Shown here: in pieces, positions 48,389 to 57,654 of the stretch | How the letters are laid out: every line of letters starts with the position of its first letter | Position numbering within the stretch: position 1 is the first letter of the stretch | Source: Acidobacteriota bacterium | GTDB lineage: Bacteria; Acidobacteriota; Vicinamibacteria; Marinacidobacterales; Marinacidobacteraceae | DNA length: 64,000 bases | NCBI GenBank assembly: GCA_009840635.1 | Contig: VXNL01000044.1 | Coordinates: 7,268 to 71,267 of the forward strand | Reading direction: 5' to 3' | The notes under the pieces: generated by a model | The model's input: only the letters and a program-made list of their open reading frames with translations | What the model was told of the DNA's origin: nothing | Databases searched by the model: none | Made by a program: the position numbers and the translations under genes

Positions 48389-48446
48389 GGAACGCCTTCG
48401 CGCATCGGCCTCCCCGAGATGGCGGCGTTGCTGCGGGACTGGTGAG

Positions 48447-49034
48447 ATGCAAAAGACCCCGAGGCTCGATCGGTACTTCCAGCACACCAAGACCTGGCGG
48501 GCGGAGAAGCAGCGGCTTCGGGCAATCCTGCTGGACTTCCCGCTCACCGAAGAACTGAAGTGGCGGCAGCCCTGCTACGTGTTTGAGGGCTCGAACGTGG
48601 TCATCGTCGGCGGGTTCAAGCAGACGGTGGACCTTGGCTTCTTCAAGGGCGCGTTGCTCGACAATCCCCATGGTCTGCTCGTTCCGCCTGGACCGCATTC
48701 ACAGGCGTCCCGTCAACTGCGGTTCACGAGCGTCGGGGAGATCGAGGAGAAGGAACCGATCATCAGAGCCACCCTTCAGAACGCGATAGAGGTGGAGCGC
48801 GCCGGCCTGAAGGTGGACTTCAGGCAGAAGCACGATTTGGTTCCGGTGGCGGAACTACTCGCGAAGATCGAGTCGGACCCTGAATTCCAGGCGGCCTTCG
48901 AGGCGCTGACGCCGGGACGGCAACGGGGATACAACCTCTTCTTCGGGGCGGCGAAGCAGTCGAAGACGCGGGCCGCGCGGATCGAGAAGCACGCGGCGCG
49001 GATTCTCGAGGGGAAGGGCATGCACGACCGGTAG
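48447..49034 (+). CDS. YdeI/OmpD-associated (DUF1801/DUF1905-type) family protein
   Basis: 195 aa with family-like segments (RLRAILLDFPLTEELKW...GYNLFFGAAKQSKTRAARIEKHAARI). Confidence 0.55.
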   Translation: MQKTPRLDRYFQHTKTWRAEKQRLRAILLDFPLTEELKWRQPCYVFEGSNVVIVGGFKQTVDLGFFKGALLDNPHGLLVPPGPHSQASRQLRFTSVGEIEEKEPIIRATLQNAIEVERAGLKVDFRQKHDLVPVAELLAKIESDPEFQAAFEALTPGRQRGYNLFFGAAKQSKTRAARIEKHAARILEGKGMHDR

Positions 49035-49087
49035 TCGGTTGCGCGCCTTTCCCGAATACGCGTTTTCGCCGCCCTTCGGGCGTCGAT

Positions 49088-49104
49088 GCCGGCCGGAGGC
49101 CGGC
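49088..49104. terminator. perfect 7-bp GC stem (gccggcc gga ggccggc) between convergent genes
   Basis: Lies in the 111-nt gap between the YdeI-like gene (+) and the reductase gene (-). No U-tract. Confidence 0.3.
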
Positions 49105-49145
49105 GCTCCGAGCCGGGCGATCACGAGCTTTCTCATGGTGCTCCC

Positions 49146-50228
49146 TCAGTAAACGCGTGGAACGATGCGCCATGGCACCGCCGCCCGGTACTGCTCCCAG
49201 AGCGGACCGTACTTCGCGGCGCAGCGCCGGTCGTCGTCGCGCTCCCGCGGGACGAGCAGCGCCAGGTAGTAGAGCGGGTAGAGCCACGGGCCGAGCATTC
49301 CCGGCCGTCCCAGGGCGAGCGCCAGACCCACGGCCATCAGGATCTCGCCCAGATAGTTCACGTGGCGTGAGAGGCCCCAGAAGCCGCTGGCCAGCAACCG
49401 GCGTTCGCCGTCCCCGACGGCGCGCGGCCGGATGCCGAGAAACGCCCGTTCGGGGTCCCGCTTGAAGTGGAACTTCTGGAGGTTCGAGCCCCGCGAGAGC
49501 GTCCAGCCGGCGATGAAGAGGGCGGCGGAGGCGACCAGAAGCCACGCTGGCGCCTGCGGGTCGGGAAGGTCCGCCACCGACCAAAGGCCGACCCCATAGA
49601 AGTACGGATACCAGGCGAGGCATCCCCAGACCAGTTTGAATCCCAGACGTTCCGCGAAGAGGTCGTAGGTGTAGAGGTGGACGCGCTCGAAGACAAGGTA
49701 GTCGCACACGAACCAGGTGAACAGCGCAACGTGGAGCACGACTCCCGGTGACGGGTCGTCCGGGTGCGTGAGCACGTGGTGGGCGGCGAACGAGAGCAGG
49801 TTCAGCTCCAGCAGGACCGCGCCCGCCAGGTAGAGGAACATCTTGGCGTCGGCGCGGCCGCCGAACGGCTGCGGGTTGACCCGGCGGCCGAGATAAAGCT
49901 CCCGGAGCAGGTTGCCTCCGGCCCCGGGCGCGGTCACCACCACCGCGGCGGAGACCAGGAGCCCGAGGGTCATGGCGCCCGCCGCGCCCGGCCAGCGGTG
50001 CTGCCAGAGCCAGTCCCACGGCACGACGCCGCTCCAACCCGCGGCGAACCATGCCCCGAGGGTGACGACGAACACCAGTGGACCGTTGAGGCGATAGCGC
50101 AGGCGTTCGCCGCGCTTCTCGTCACGCACGTAACCCGCGACCCGGCGCGCCGGCAGCACGAGGTGCAGCGCCAGGATCCCGGCGAACACGGCCCAGGGCG
50201 CGAAGAACCCGATCAGCCGTCCGGTCAT
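49146..50228 (-). CDS. ERG4/ERG24-family sterol-reductase-like membrane protein (7-dehydrocholesterol / delta14-sterol reductase type)
   Basis: The C-terminus SGFWGLSRHVNYLGEILMAVGLALALG...LLVPRERDDDRRCAAKYGPLWEQYRAAVPWRIVPRVY closely matches the ERG4/ERG24 signature. 360 aa. Confidence 0.7.
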   Translation of the reverse strand: MTGRLIGFFAPWAVFAGILALHLVLPARRVAGYVRDEKRGERLRYRLNGPLVFVVTLGAWFAAGWSGVVPWDWLWQHRWPGAAGAMTLGLLVSAAVVVTAPGAGGNLLRELYLGRRVNPQPFGGRADAKMFLYLAGAVLLELNLLSFAAHHVLTHPDDPSPGVVLHVALFTWFVCDYLVFERVHLYTYDLFAERLGFKLVWGCLAWYPYFYGVGLWSVADLPDPQAPAWLLVASAALFIAGWTLSRGSNLQKFHFKRDPERAFLGIRPRAVGDGERRLLASGFWGLSRHVNYLGEILMAVGLALALGRPGMLGPWLYPLYYLALLVPRERDDDRRCAAKYGPLWEQYRAAVPWRIVPRVY

Positions 50229-51007
50229 CCGAGGTGCTTCGTGCTCTTCGCGATGAGCCGGATCGCGGTCCGCCGGGGCAGGAGCCGCCGGACAAGCTGG
50301 TGTGCGAACCGGTTGATCCTTCCGGGGACGATGCGCGGACCCTGACGGAGCGTGTCGAGGGTCTGCCGCACCGTCTCGTCGGCAGAGAGCATGCCGGGGA
50401 CCTCGCGCCCGAACCGCTCCTGGTAGCCGGGGGTGGGCACCGCGCCGGAGACGCAGGCGGCGACGTCGATACCGTGCGGGGTCAGTTCGTACCAGAGACC
50501 CTCGGCGAAGATCGTGTTGAACGCCTTGCTGGCCGCGTAGACCGCGATGCTGGGCGAGCCCTGCAGTCCGGACAGCGAGGACATGAGCACCACCGCCCCC
50601 CGGCCACGCTCCTTGAGGGCCGGGGCCAGCGTCCGCACCAGCCGGAGCGGCCCGCGCACGTTGACGTCCACCGCCGCTTCGATCGCGTCCGCGTCATGGT
50701 CGAGGAACGGGCCCATCGGCACGGACGCCGCGTTGTAGACGAGCACCCCGAGTTCGAGGTCATCGGTGGCGTCCTTCAGGGCGCCGGGGAACCCGGAGTC
50801 GGCCAGGTCGAGTTCGAGGCAGCGCACCTCGATCCCGTGTTCCGCGGCCAGGCGCTCCCCGACGTCTTCCAGGATCCGGCCACGGCGCGCCACCAGAACC
50901 ACGTTCATGCCCCTCGCGGCGAGCGCCGGCGCGAACGCCTCCCCGAGGCCCTCCGAGGCGCCCGCCACCACGGCCCACTTCCCGTAGCGGTCCGGGAAGG
51001 AGTCCAT
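50225..51007 (-). CDS. SDR family oxidoreductase
   Basis: VAGASEGLG and YAASK motifs. Its stop overlaps the reductase start by 4 nt. Confidence 0.8.
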   Translation of the reverse strand: MDSFPDRYGKWAVVAGASEGLGEAFAPALAARGMNVVLVARRGRILEDVGERLAAEHGIEVRCLELDLADSGFPGALKDATDDLELGVLVYNAASVPMGPFLDHDADAIEAAVDVNVRGPLRLVRTLAPALKERGRGAVVLMSSLSGLQGSPSIAVYAASKAFNTIFAEGLWYELTPHGIDVAACVSGAVPTPGYQERFGREVPGMLSADETVRQTLDTLRQGPRIVPGRINRFAHQLVRRLLPRRTAIRLIAKSTKHLG

Positions 51008-51020
51008 GGCCGGCCAGACC

Positions 51021-51623
51021 TCAGCGGCTCAGCAGGATTCGCAGTCCCAGCGCGCCGAGGACCGCCGCGGCGCCGCGGTCGATCCAGGTCTTCGCCCGCA
51101 GGTAGCGTCCGGCGACCGCCTCGGTGTTCAGGCAGAAGGCGAGCGCCGTGTAGAACGAGAGTTCGATCAGGAGGTGGTTGAAGGCGATGAGCGCACTGTT
51201 CACGGCTCCCAGCCCACCCGGGAAGATCGCGATGAGGACCGCCGCCGCGAAGAGGACCGCCTTCGGATTGAACACGTTGATGAGGAGGCCCTGGCGGAAG
51301 GCCCGGCGCGCCGGTTCCGGCAGCGCGCCCGCGGGAGCCGAGGCGCCCCGCCACATCCGATAGGCGATGTAGAGGAGATACAGCGCCCCGGCGATCCGGG
51401 CGCCCGCGTAGGCCGCCGGGAACAACTCGAAGACCGCCGCGAAACCGATGAGCGCCATGAGCGTCCAGGTCGCCGCCATGAGGCCGAGGCCGCACCCGAC
51501 GGCGATCCCGGCCCGCCGTCCCGAGCTCAGGTTGGTCTGGACCGCGACCAGCAGCGCCGGCCCGGGGCTGAACATGGCGACCAGCAGCGTGACGTTGAAG
51601 GCGAGCAACTGGGCCAGCGTCAT
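51021..51623 (-). CDS. LysE/RhtB family amino-acid exporter
   Basis: 200 aa with 6 TM helices and an FSPGPA N-terminal motif. Confidence 0.8.
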   Translation of the reverse strand: MTLAQLLAFNVTLLVAMFSPGPALLVAVQTNLSSGRRAGIAVGCGLGLMAATWTLMALIGFAAVFELFPAAYAGARIAGALYLLYIAYRMWRGASAPAGALPEPARRAFRQGLLINVFNPKAVLFAAAVLIAIFPGGLGAVNSALIAFNHLLIELSFYTALAFCLNTEAVAGRYLRAKTWIDRGAAAVLGALGLRILLSR

Positions 51624-51680
51624 GGCGTCCTACGGTATCGCGGAGACCTCGAGGCCGGGCCGCGGCGGTAGGCTGCGGCA

Positions 51681-52178
51681 ATGAATCACGAAGCCCTGAT
51701 CGCGCTCCTCGACTACCACTACTGGGCCCGGGACCGGATGCTGGACGCGGTCGGGCGGATTCCTCCCCTCGAGTTCCACCGGGACCTCGGCAACAGCTTC
51801 GGTTCCATCCGCAGCACGCTCGTCCACCTCGTCTCGGCCGAATGGATCTGGTGCTCGCGCTGGGAGGGCAACGGTCCGAGCGCGCACCTGGCCCCCGAGG
51901 ACTTCGGGACGGTGCAGGACATCCGGACTCGCTGGGAGGAGGAAGAGCGGCGGGTGCGGGACTTCGTCCGAGGTCTCGGCACCGACGGAATCGGCCGCGA
52001 GATCGAATACCCGGCCCTTGGCGGCGTCCCCGCGCGCTCGGTGTTCTGGGAAATGCTGCAGCACGTGGTGAACCACGCCAGCTACCACCGGGGGCAGGTG
52101 ACGACCATGCTCCGCCAACTCGGCGCGGAACCGCCGCCGAGTCAGGACCTGATCACGTTCTACCGGGACCGGGGCTGA
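51681..52178 (+). CDS. DinB/YfiT-like metal-dependent hydrolase family protein
   Basis: The DinB-family four-helix pattern is present, with conserved His residues (HLVSAEW, HVVNHASYHRGQ). Confidence 0.8.
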   Translation: MNHEALIALLDYHYWARDRMLDAVGRIPPLEFHRDLGNSFGSIRSTLVHLVSAEWIWCSRWEGNGPSAHLAPEDFGTVQDIRTRWEEEERRVRDFVRGLGTDGIGREIEYPALGGVPARSVFWEMLQHVVNHASYHRGQVTTMLRQLGAEPPPSQDLITFYRDRG

Positions 52179-52208
52179 AGCGCGCCGCTATCGTTCCGCC
52201 GCTTCGGA

Positions 52209-53138
52209 ATGACGAGAGACTCGGGTGCGGCAGGGATGCGGTGGCGGCACCGGTTCACCGTCCTGACCGCGCTGTCCACCCTCCTCCTCATGGGCTGGGG
52301 CGCCTTCGTCACCAGCATCGAAGCCGGATTGGCCGTCCCCGACTGGCCGTCGTCCTACGACTCCTACGACCCGTTCAATCCCTGGCCGGGATGGTGGCGG
52401 ATCACGCCGCTGCTGGCCGAGCACGGCCACCGGCTGCTCGGAATGCTGGTCGGGTTCCTGACCACCGTCCTCGCCGTCTGGACCTGGTTCGCGGAGTCCC
52501 GCCGTTGGCTCCGCTGGCTCGCGCTCGGCGCGCTGGTCCTCGTGTCGTTCCAGGGCCTGCTGGGCGGCCTCCGGGTGGTGTGGCTGTCGCTCGACCTGGC
52601 CGTGGTCCACGCCGCGACGGCGCAGCTCTTCCTCGGGCTGGTCGTGGCGCTGGGGGCCTTCACCTCGCAGTGGTGGCTGACCCTGGATGCCGCGCGGGAC
52701 GGTCCCCGCGACGACCGCCTCTGGCGGCTCTCGCTCGCCGCCCCCGCCGCCGTCTGGCTCCAGATCATCCTCGGCGCGCTCCTCCGCCATCCCGGCACCG
52801 GGATCCATCCGTGGCTCGTCGGATTCCACATCGCCGGTGCGGTCCTGGTCGCGGCCGTGGTGGCCGCCTTCCTGCTCCGGGTCCGGGACGAGTTCCGGGA
52901 GTCACGGGTGTTGTACCGGGGGTCGTGGGTCCTGGCCGGCCTCGTGGACGTGCAACTGATCCTGGGCCTGACCGCGTACTTCGTCACTCTCGATGACGCC
53001 GGCATGCTGCAGCCGAGCAACCTGCAGGTGGCGGTGAACACCTCGCACGCGGTAGTCGGCGCGCTGCTGATGGCGGGGGCGGTGCTGGCCGTGCTCGCTA
53101 CCCACCGCTGGGGCCGGCAACCGATCACCCCCGGCTGA
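52209..53138 (+). CDS. ctaA: heme A synthase (COX15/CtaA family)
   Basis: Polytopic membrane protein with conserved His pairs (HGHRLLG, HAATAQ, HPWLVGFH). Immediately upstream of ctaB. Confidence 0.7.
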   Translation: MTRDSGAAGMRWRHRFTVLTALSTLLLMGWGAFVTSIEAGLAVPDWPSSYDSYDPFNPWPGWWRITPLLAEHGHRLLGMLVGFLTTVLAVWTWFAESRRWLRWLALGALVLVSFQGLLGGLRVVWLSLDLAVVHAATAQLFLGLVVALGAFTSQWWLTLDAARDGPRDDRLWRLSLAAPAAVWLQIILGALLRHPGTGIHPWLVGFHIAGAVLVAAVVAAFLLRVRDEFRESRVLYRGSWVLAGLVDVQLILGLTAYFVTLDDAGMLQPSNLQVAVNTSHAVVGALLMAGAVLAVLATHRWGRQPITPG

Positions 53139-53141
53139 CCC

Positions 53142-54008
53142 GTGCGACCGAATCTCACGCCGTATCTCGAGCTCACGAAGCCCGAGATCGCCCTCGTCGT
53201 CGCGCTGTCGTCGGCGGGAGGATTCGTGCTGGCGCCGGCGGAGTCCTTCGGCTGGAGCTGGCTCCTGTCGCTCCTACTCGGCGTCACGCTCGCGAGCGGA
53301 GGCGCCGGCGCGCTGAACCACTGGATCGAGCGGGAGGAAGACGCCGGCATGCGCCGGACGCGGGGGCGCCCGCTGCCGTCGGGCCGCCTGGCGCCGGCGG
53401 CGGCGCTCGGCAGCGGGATCGGGCTCGCGGCGGCGGGAACCGCGGTGCTCGGACTGGCCGTCAACCCGCTGACCGGGGGTCTGACGCTCCTGACCGTCCT
53501 CCTCTACGTCTTCGTTTACACGCCCCTGAAGCGCCGGACCCACTGGAACACCCTCGTGGGCACGGTCCCCGGCGCCCTGCCGGCGCTCTGCGGCTGGACC
53601 GCGGCCACCGGTTCCGTCGGTTGGGGCGGCGTCGCGATGTTCTCGATCCTCGTCGCCTGGCAGATGGCGCACTTCCTTCCGCTCGCCTGGATGTACCGCG
53701 AGGACTACGGGCAGGGGGGGTTCGTGATGCTTCCGGCGGTGGATCCTTCGGGTCGCTCGACGGTGCGGCAGACGCTGCTCTTCACGGTCCTGCTCGCCGC
53801 GCTGAGCCTCTGGCCCGTCGCGCTCTCGCTGGCGGGATGGATCTACTTCGTCGGCGCCGCCGCGCTGGCCATCTGGTTCATGACCGCGGCCGCCGAGTTC
53901 CGCTGGAGCCGGGGGAAGCCTGACGCGCGCCGGGTGCTGAAGGCGTCCATCGCCTACGTGCCGGCCCTGATCGCGGTGCTGGTGCTGGACCGGGCGGTTC
54001 TGGGCTGA
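53142..54008 (+). CDS. ctaB: protoheme IX farnesyltransferase (heme O synthase)
   Basis: UbiA-family motifs (NHWIEREEDAGMRRTRGRP, YTPLKRRT). GTG start. Confidence 0.85.
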   Translation: MRPNLTPYLELTKPEIALVVALSSAGGFVLAPAESFGWSWLLSLLLGVTLASGGAGALNHWIEREEDAGMRRTRGRPLPSGRLAPAAALGSGIGLAAAGTAVLGLAVNPLTGGLTLLTVLLYVFVYTPLKRRTHWNTLVGTVPGALPALCGWTAATGSVGWGGVAMFSILVAWQMAHFLPLAWMYREDYGQGGFVMLPAVDPSGRSTVRQTLLFTVLLAALSLWPVALSLAGWIYFVGAAALAIWFMTAAAEFRWSRGKPDARRVLKASIAYVPALIAVLVLDRAVLG

Positions 54009-54012
54009 TCGA

Positions 54013-54747
54013 CTAACTCACTTCCGCGGTGACGGCTTCCGCCATCTCGCCCAGCGTGAAGAAGATGAAATCGAGCCGGGGCATGGTGGCGACCTTCGCG
54101 GTCGCACCCCAGCTCCCGCCCTCCGAGAGCCGCTGGCGGTCGATCCAAGCGCTCGAGAGCCCGAACCGGTTCGCGGGGACGTGGTCGTGGTGGAGGCTCT
54201 GCGCCGTGTGGAGGACCTCCCCCCGCTCCAGCCCGAAGTCGGTTTTCAGGTGGTCGATCAGGTACTCGAAGTTCGCGTCCGACGGCTTGTAGGAGCCGAT
54301 GTCCTCGGCGGTGTAGAAGGCGTCGAACTCGACGCCGAGCTTGCCGGCGGAGGCGGCGATGCCGCTCCGGTGGACGTTCGAGAGGATGACGAGGCGGAAG
54401 TGGCGCTTCAGAACCCCGAGGGCCGCCGCGCTGTCGGGGAACGCCGGCCAGCGGGGGATGGAGTTCCCGAAATCGGCGTCCAGTTCGCGGTCCGTCCGCA
54501 GGCCGAAGCTCCCCGCCAGATCCCGGTGCACGCGGGCGAGGAGATCCGGGTAGGCAAGGTCCGGAGTGGCGTGCTCATGCTGCCCCTCGGAGCGCGCGAA
54601 GGCGCGGAGGGCCTCGTCGCGCGTGAGTCCCGTAGCGCCGTTCGACCGGATCACCGGCTGCAGCGCCTCCCAGATCCCCGCCTCCCAGTCGATGAGGGTC
54701 CCGTAGCAGTCGAAGGTCAGGACCCGGTAGTCCGTCAGGCGCGCCAT
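54013..54747 (-). CDS. haloacid dehalogenase type II (HAD superfamily)
   Basis: Motifs FDCYGTL, SN and YKP are present. Length is 244 aa. Confidence 0.8.
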   Translation of the reverse strand: MARLTDYRVLTFDCYGTLIDWEAGIWEALQPVIRSNGATGLTRDEALRAFARSEGQHEHATPDLAYPDLLARVHRDLAGSFGLRTDRELDADFGNSIPRWPAFPDSAAALGVLKRHFRLVILSNVHRSGIAASAGKLGVEFDAFYTAEDIGSYKPSDANFEYLIDHLKTDFGLERGEVLHTAQSLHHDHVPANRFGLSSAWIDRQRLSEGGSWGATAKVATMPRLDFIFFTLGEMAEAVTAEVS

Positions 54748-54914
54748 TTCGTTGTCCTCGGTGATTTTTCTGAAGCGCCGCGACCCTGGTAGCAGACCCT
54801 CATGTTGAAGGAACGGCGCTTGTTATGGAACCCCGAACGTCGCCGCGGCGGGGATTGTTCCGTCGGTGGCGGAGGCTGCCGCCGGCCGGTGAGCCGTCCT
54901 GCCGGAAGACCCGC

Positions 54915-56117
54915 TCAGGAGACGAGTCGCCGCGGCAGCGTGGGGTTGAGGTGCATGACAAGGTCGTAAACAGACGCGCCGGAGGCCGCGCTCGCATCCT
55001 CGGGCCGCGAACCGTCCCGCCAGTCGAAAAAGGTGGCGACGTCACCCGCATCCGCGGTCTTTTCCGGCCCGATCTCCACGATCGTGTGGCTCGCCGAGAC
55101 GCTGGCGATGATCGGGTAGCGCGTGTCGCGGATCCTCACCCACCCGCCGTTCGCCGCCGCCCGGGGCACGCCGTCCACGTGACCCGCGGGAACCGTCGCG
55201 ATCCAGACGTCGCGGTCCGCCCGGTAGGCCGCCTCGTAGCCGGCGGTGTCGCCCTGCTCCAGCTTCTTGACCAGCGCCACCCGCGCCTTGAGGCTCATGG
55301 ACGGCCGCAGGTCGAGCAGGTCCAGCTCGCGGAACCTCTGGGTCGAGTACTGACCGAAGAGCGCCATGCCGGGCCGGACCGCGTCGAGGTAGGCCGGCGG
55401 GTTGTCGAAGAGGCCGTAGCTCGACGCCGCGTGCCGCCGGCCCATGGCGATCCCTCGCGCGGCGAGCGTTTCCTCGACCTCCCGGAATCGCTGGAGTTGC
55501 AGCTTCTCGAACTCGGGGTCTTCGTTCAGCGTGGTCATCGTGCCGATGAGGTCCACCCCGTCGCGCCCGGCGAGATCCGCGATCAGTCCGGCCGCGTCCC
55601 GGTGCGAGATGCCGACCCGGCCCATCCCGGTGTCCACGCAGACCTGCACCGGGACCGCCGACTGGCGCCGGGCCGCCAGCCGGTCCAGCGCGTCGCCCAC
55701 TTCCGTATAGACCATCGGCGTCACGTCGCGCATCACCGCCGCTTCGAGGTCGGCGTCGTCGAAGGGCCCCATCAGGAGCACCGGCTTGGCGATGCCGGCG
55801 TCGCGGAGCTCGAGGGCCTCGCTCAGCTTCACGACCGCCATGCCGATCACGGCGGTCTCCGACTCCAGGATCCGGGCCATGTTGAGGAGGCCCATGCCGT
55901 AGGCGTTGTTCTTGATGACCGCCAGGATGGGACGGCCTTCGACGAGGCGGCTCACCTCCCTGACGTTGTGCCGGACGTGGTCGGCCCGGATCTCGATCCA
56001 CGGATCGAAACGGGAATGACGGACGGCGGTCTGGGCGGCGGCGCGCGCGGCCGGCGCCCATCCCAGCACCGCGGGCGCCAGCGCTGACCGCAACACGGTG
56101 CGTCGCGAGAGCTTCAT
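54915..56117 (-). CDS. alanine / broad-spectrum amino-acid racemase with TAT signal
   Basis: The ATG at 56117 gives MKLSRRTVLRSALAPAVLGWAPAARAAAQ. The PLP-binding segment AVIKNNAYGMG has the Lys in the KxxAYG context. 400 aa. The upstream 166 codons of the track ORF are junk. Confidence 0.8.
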   Translation of the reverse strand: MKLSRRTVLRSALAPAVLGWAPAARAAAQTAVRHSRFDPWIEIRADHVRHNVREVSRLVEGRPILAVIKNNAYGMGLLNMARILESETAVIGMAVVKLSEALELRDAGIAKPVLLMGPFDDADLEAAVMRDVTPMVYTEVGDALDRLAARRQSAVPVQVCVDTGMGRVGISHRDAAGLIADLAGRDGVDLIGTMTTLNEDPEFEKLQLQRFREVEETLAARGIAMGRRHAASSYGLFDNPPAYLDAVRPGMALFGQYSTQRFRELDLLDLRPSMSLKARVALVKKLEQGDTAGYEAAYRADRDVWIATVPAGHVDGVPRAAANGGWVRIRDTRYPIIASVSASHTIVEIGPEKTADAGDVATFFDWRDGSRPEDASAASGASVYDLVMHLNPTLPRRLVS

Positions 56118-56219
56118 GCCGGCAACTCTACGGGCTCGCGGATGGACCAGCCAGCGACCCGCGCGGCCGCCGAGCCGGATAATCCGCGCCACCGGGCCGA
56201 TGCCCGGTGGACCTGACCC

Positions 56220-57641
56220 TTGCCTGACACACCCCTGAGCGACCGCCCCCGACTCAGGCCGGTCCTTGCCCCGCTTCACGTCGGCTCGCTGGCGCTCGGC
56301 TGCGTCATCGGCTTCGGCTGTTTCATCCTCGCCGGCGACTTCCTCGAGACCGCCGGACCGCTCGGCGCGGCGCTGGGCATCGCGCTGGGCGGGCTGGCGA
56401 TGATCGTGATCGCCCGCAGCTACGGCCGCATGGTCCGCACCTTTCCGGTGGCGGGGGCCGAGTTCGCCTACGCCTACCGGGCCGCCGGCCGGCATCACGC
56501 GGTGATCTGCGGCTGGTTCCTTGCCCTCGGCTATCTGAGCATCGTGCCGCTCAACGCGACCGCGCTCGCCGTCCTCGGCAGGTTCCTCGCACCGGAGGTG
56601 TTCGCCCGCGGACACCTCTACACGGTCGCCGGCTTCGAGGTGTTCGCCGGGGAGGTCGCCCTCGCGGTGTCAGCGGTGGGTCTGGTCGGCTTCCTTCACT
56701 CGCGCGGCGTCCAGGGGGTCGGGAGGGCGCAGGTGGTCCTGACCGGTCTCATGGTGGCGGCGGTGGCGCTGGTCGGCATTGGCGCGTTCACCGGTCCGGC
56801 CGCCAGCGTGGCCAACTGGGAGCCCTGGTTTGCGCCCGGCCGGTCGGCGTGGACCGGCATCCTGGCGATGCTCGCGATCTCGCCCTGGCTCTACGTCGGC
56901 TTCGACACCCTGCCGCAGGCCGCCGAGGAGTTCGCGTTCCCGGCCCGGAAGGCGTTCCCGTTGATGGCGGCGGCGATCCTGGCCGGTGCCGCGATGTACG
57001 TGGTGGTGGTGCTGGCCACCGGGGTGGTCCTGCCCTGGCGCGAACTGGTTGCCGGCGAGTCCGTCTGGGCGACCGGCGCCACGGTGCGAACGAGCCTGGG
57101 AGCGGCGGGAGTGGCCATCCTGAGCGTTGCTGTCGTGACAGCGATCTTCACGGGCATCAACGGTTTCTTCATGGCGAGCAGCCGCCTGCTGTTCAGCATG
57201 GGCCGGGCGCGGTTGCTGCCGGCCTGGTTCGGGAGCATCGACCCGACCCGGGGCACCCCGCGGAACGCGCTCCTGTTCACCGGGGCGGTTTCGCTGCTCG
57301 CGCCCTGGTTCGGCCGCGAGGTCATCGTCTGGGTGGTGGACATGGCCGCGGTCGGCACCGCCTGCGGCTACTTGTACACGTGCCTCGCGGCGTTGTCGGT
57401 GGCGCGCCGGCGCCGCGCCCGGGTGGAAGCCGTGATCGGTGCGACCCTGTCCGCCGGGTTCCTGGTCCTCCTCTGCGTTCCCGGGATGCCCGGCTTCATG
57501 GCGCCGCCCTCCTGGATCGCCCTGGCGGGCTGGATCGCGCTCGGCGCGCTGTTCTACTTCCGGCGCGCCCGGGAGTTCGCGGCGATCCCCGACGCCGAGT
57601 TGGACACGCTGATCCTCGGCACCCCGAGGAACGGCCCTTAG
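56220..57641 (+). CDS. APC family amino-acid permease
   Basis: 12 TM helices and APC-type N-terminal motifs. 473 aa. Confidence 0.8.
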   Translation: MPDTPLSDRPRLRPVLAPLHVGSLALGCVIGFGCFILAGDFLETAGPLGAALGIALGGLAMIVIARSYGRMVRTFPVAGAEFAYAYRAAGRHHAVICGWFLALGYLSIVPLNATALAVLGRFLAPEVFARGHLYTVAGFEVFAGEVALAVSAVGLVGFLHSRGVQGVGRAQVVLTGLMVAAVALVGIGAFTGPAASVANWEPWFAPGRSAWTGILAMLAISPWLYVGFDTLPQAAEEFAFPARKAFPLMAAAILAGAAMYVVVVLATGVVLPWRELVAGESVWATGATVRTSLGAAGVAILSVAVVTAIFTGINGFFMASSRLLFSMGRARLLPAWFGSIDPTRGTPRNALLFTGAVSLLAPWFGREVIVWVVDMAAVGTACGYLYTCLAALSVARRRRARVEAVIGATLSAGFLVLLCVPGMPGFMAPPSWIALAGWIALGALFYFRRAREFAAIPDAELDTLILGTPRNGP

Positions 57642-57654
57642 CGGGCGACGCGGG

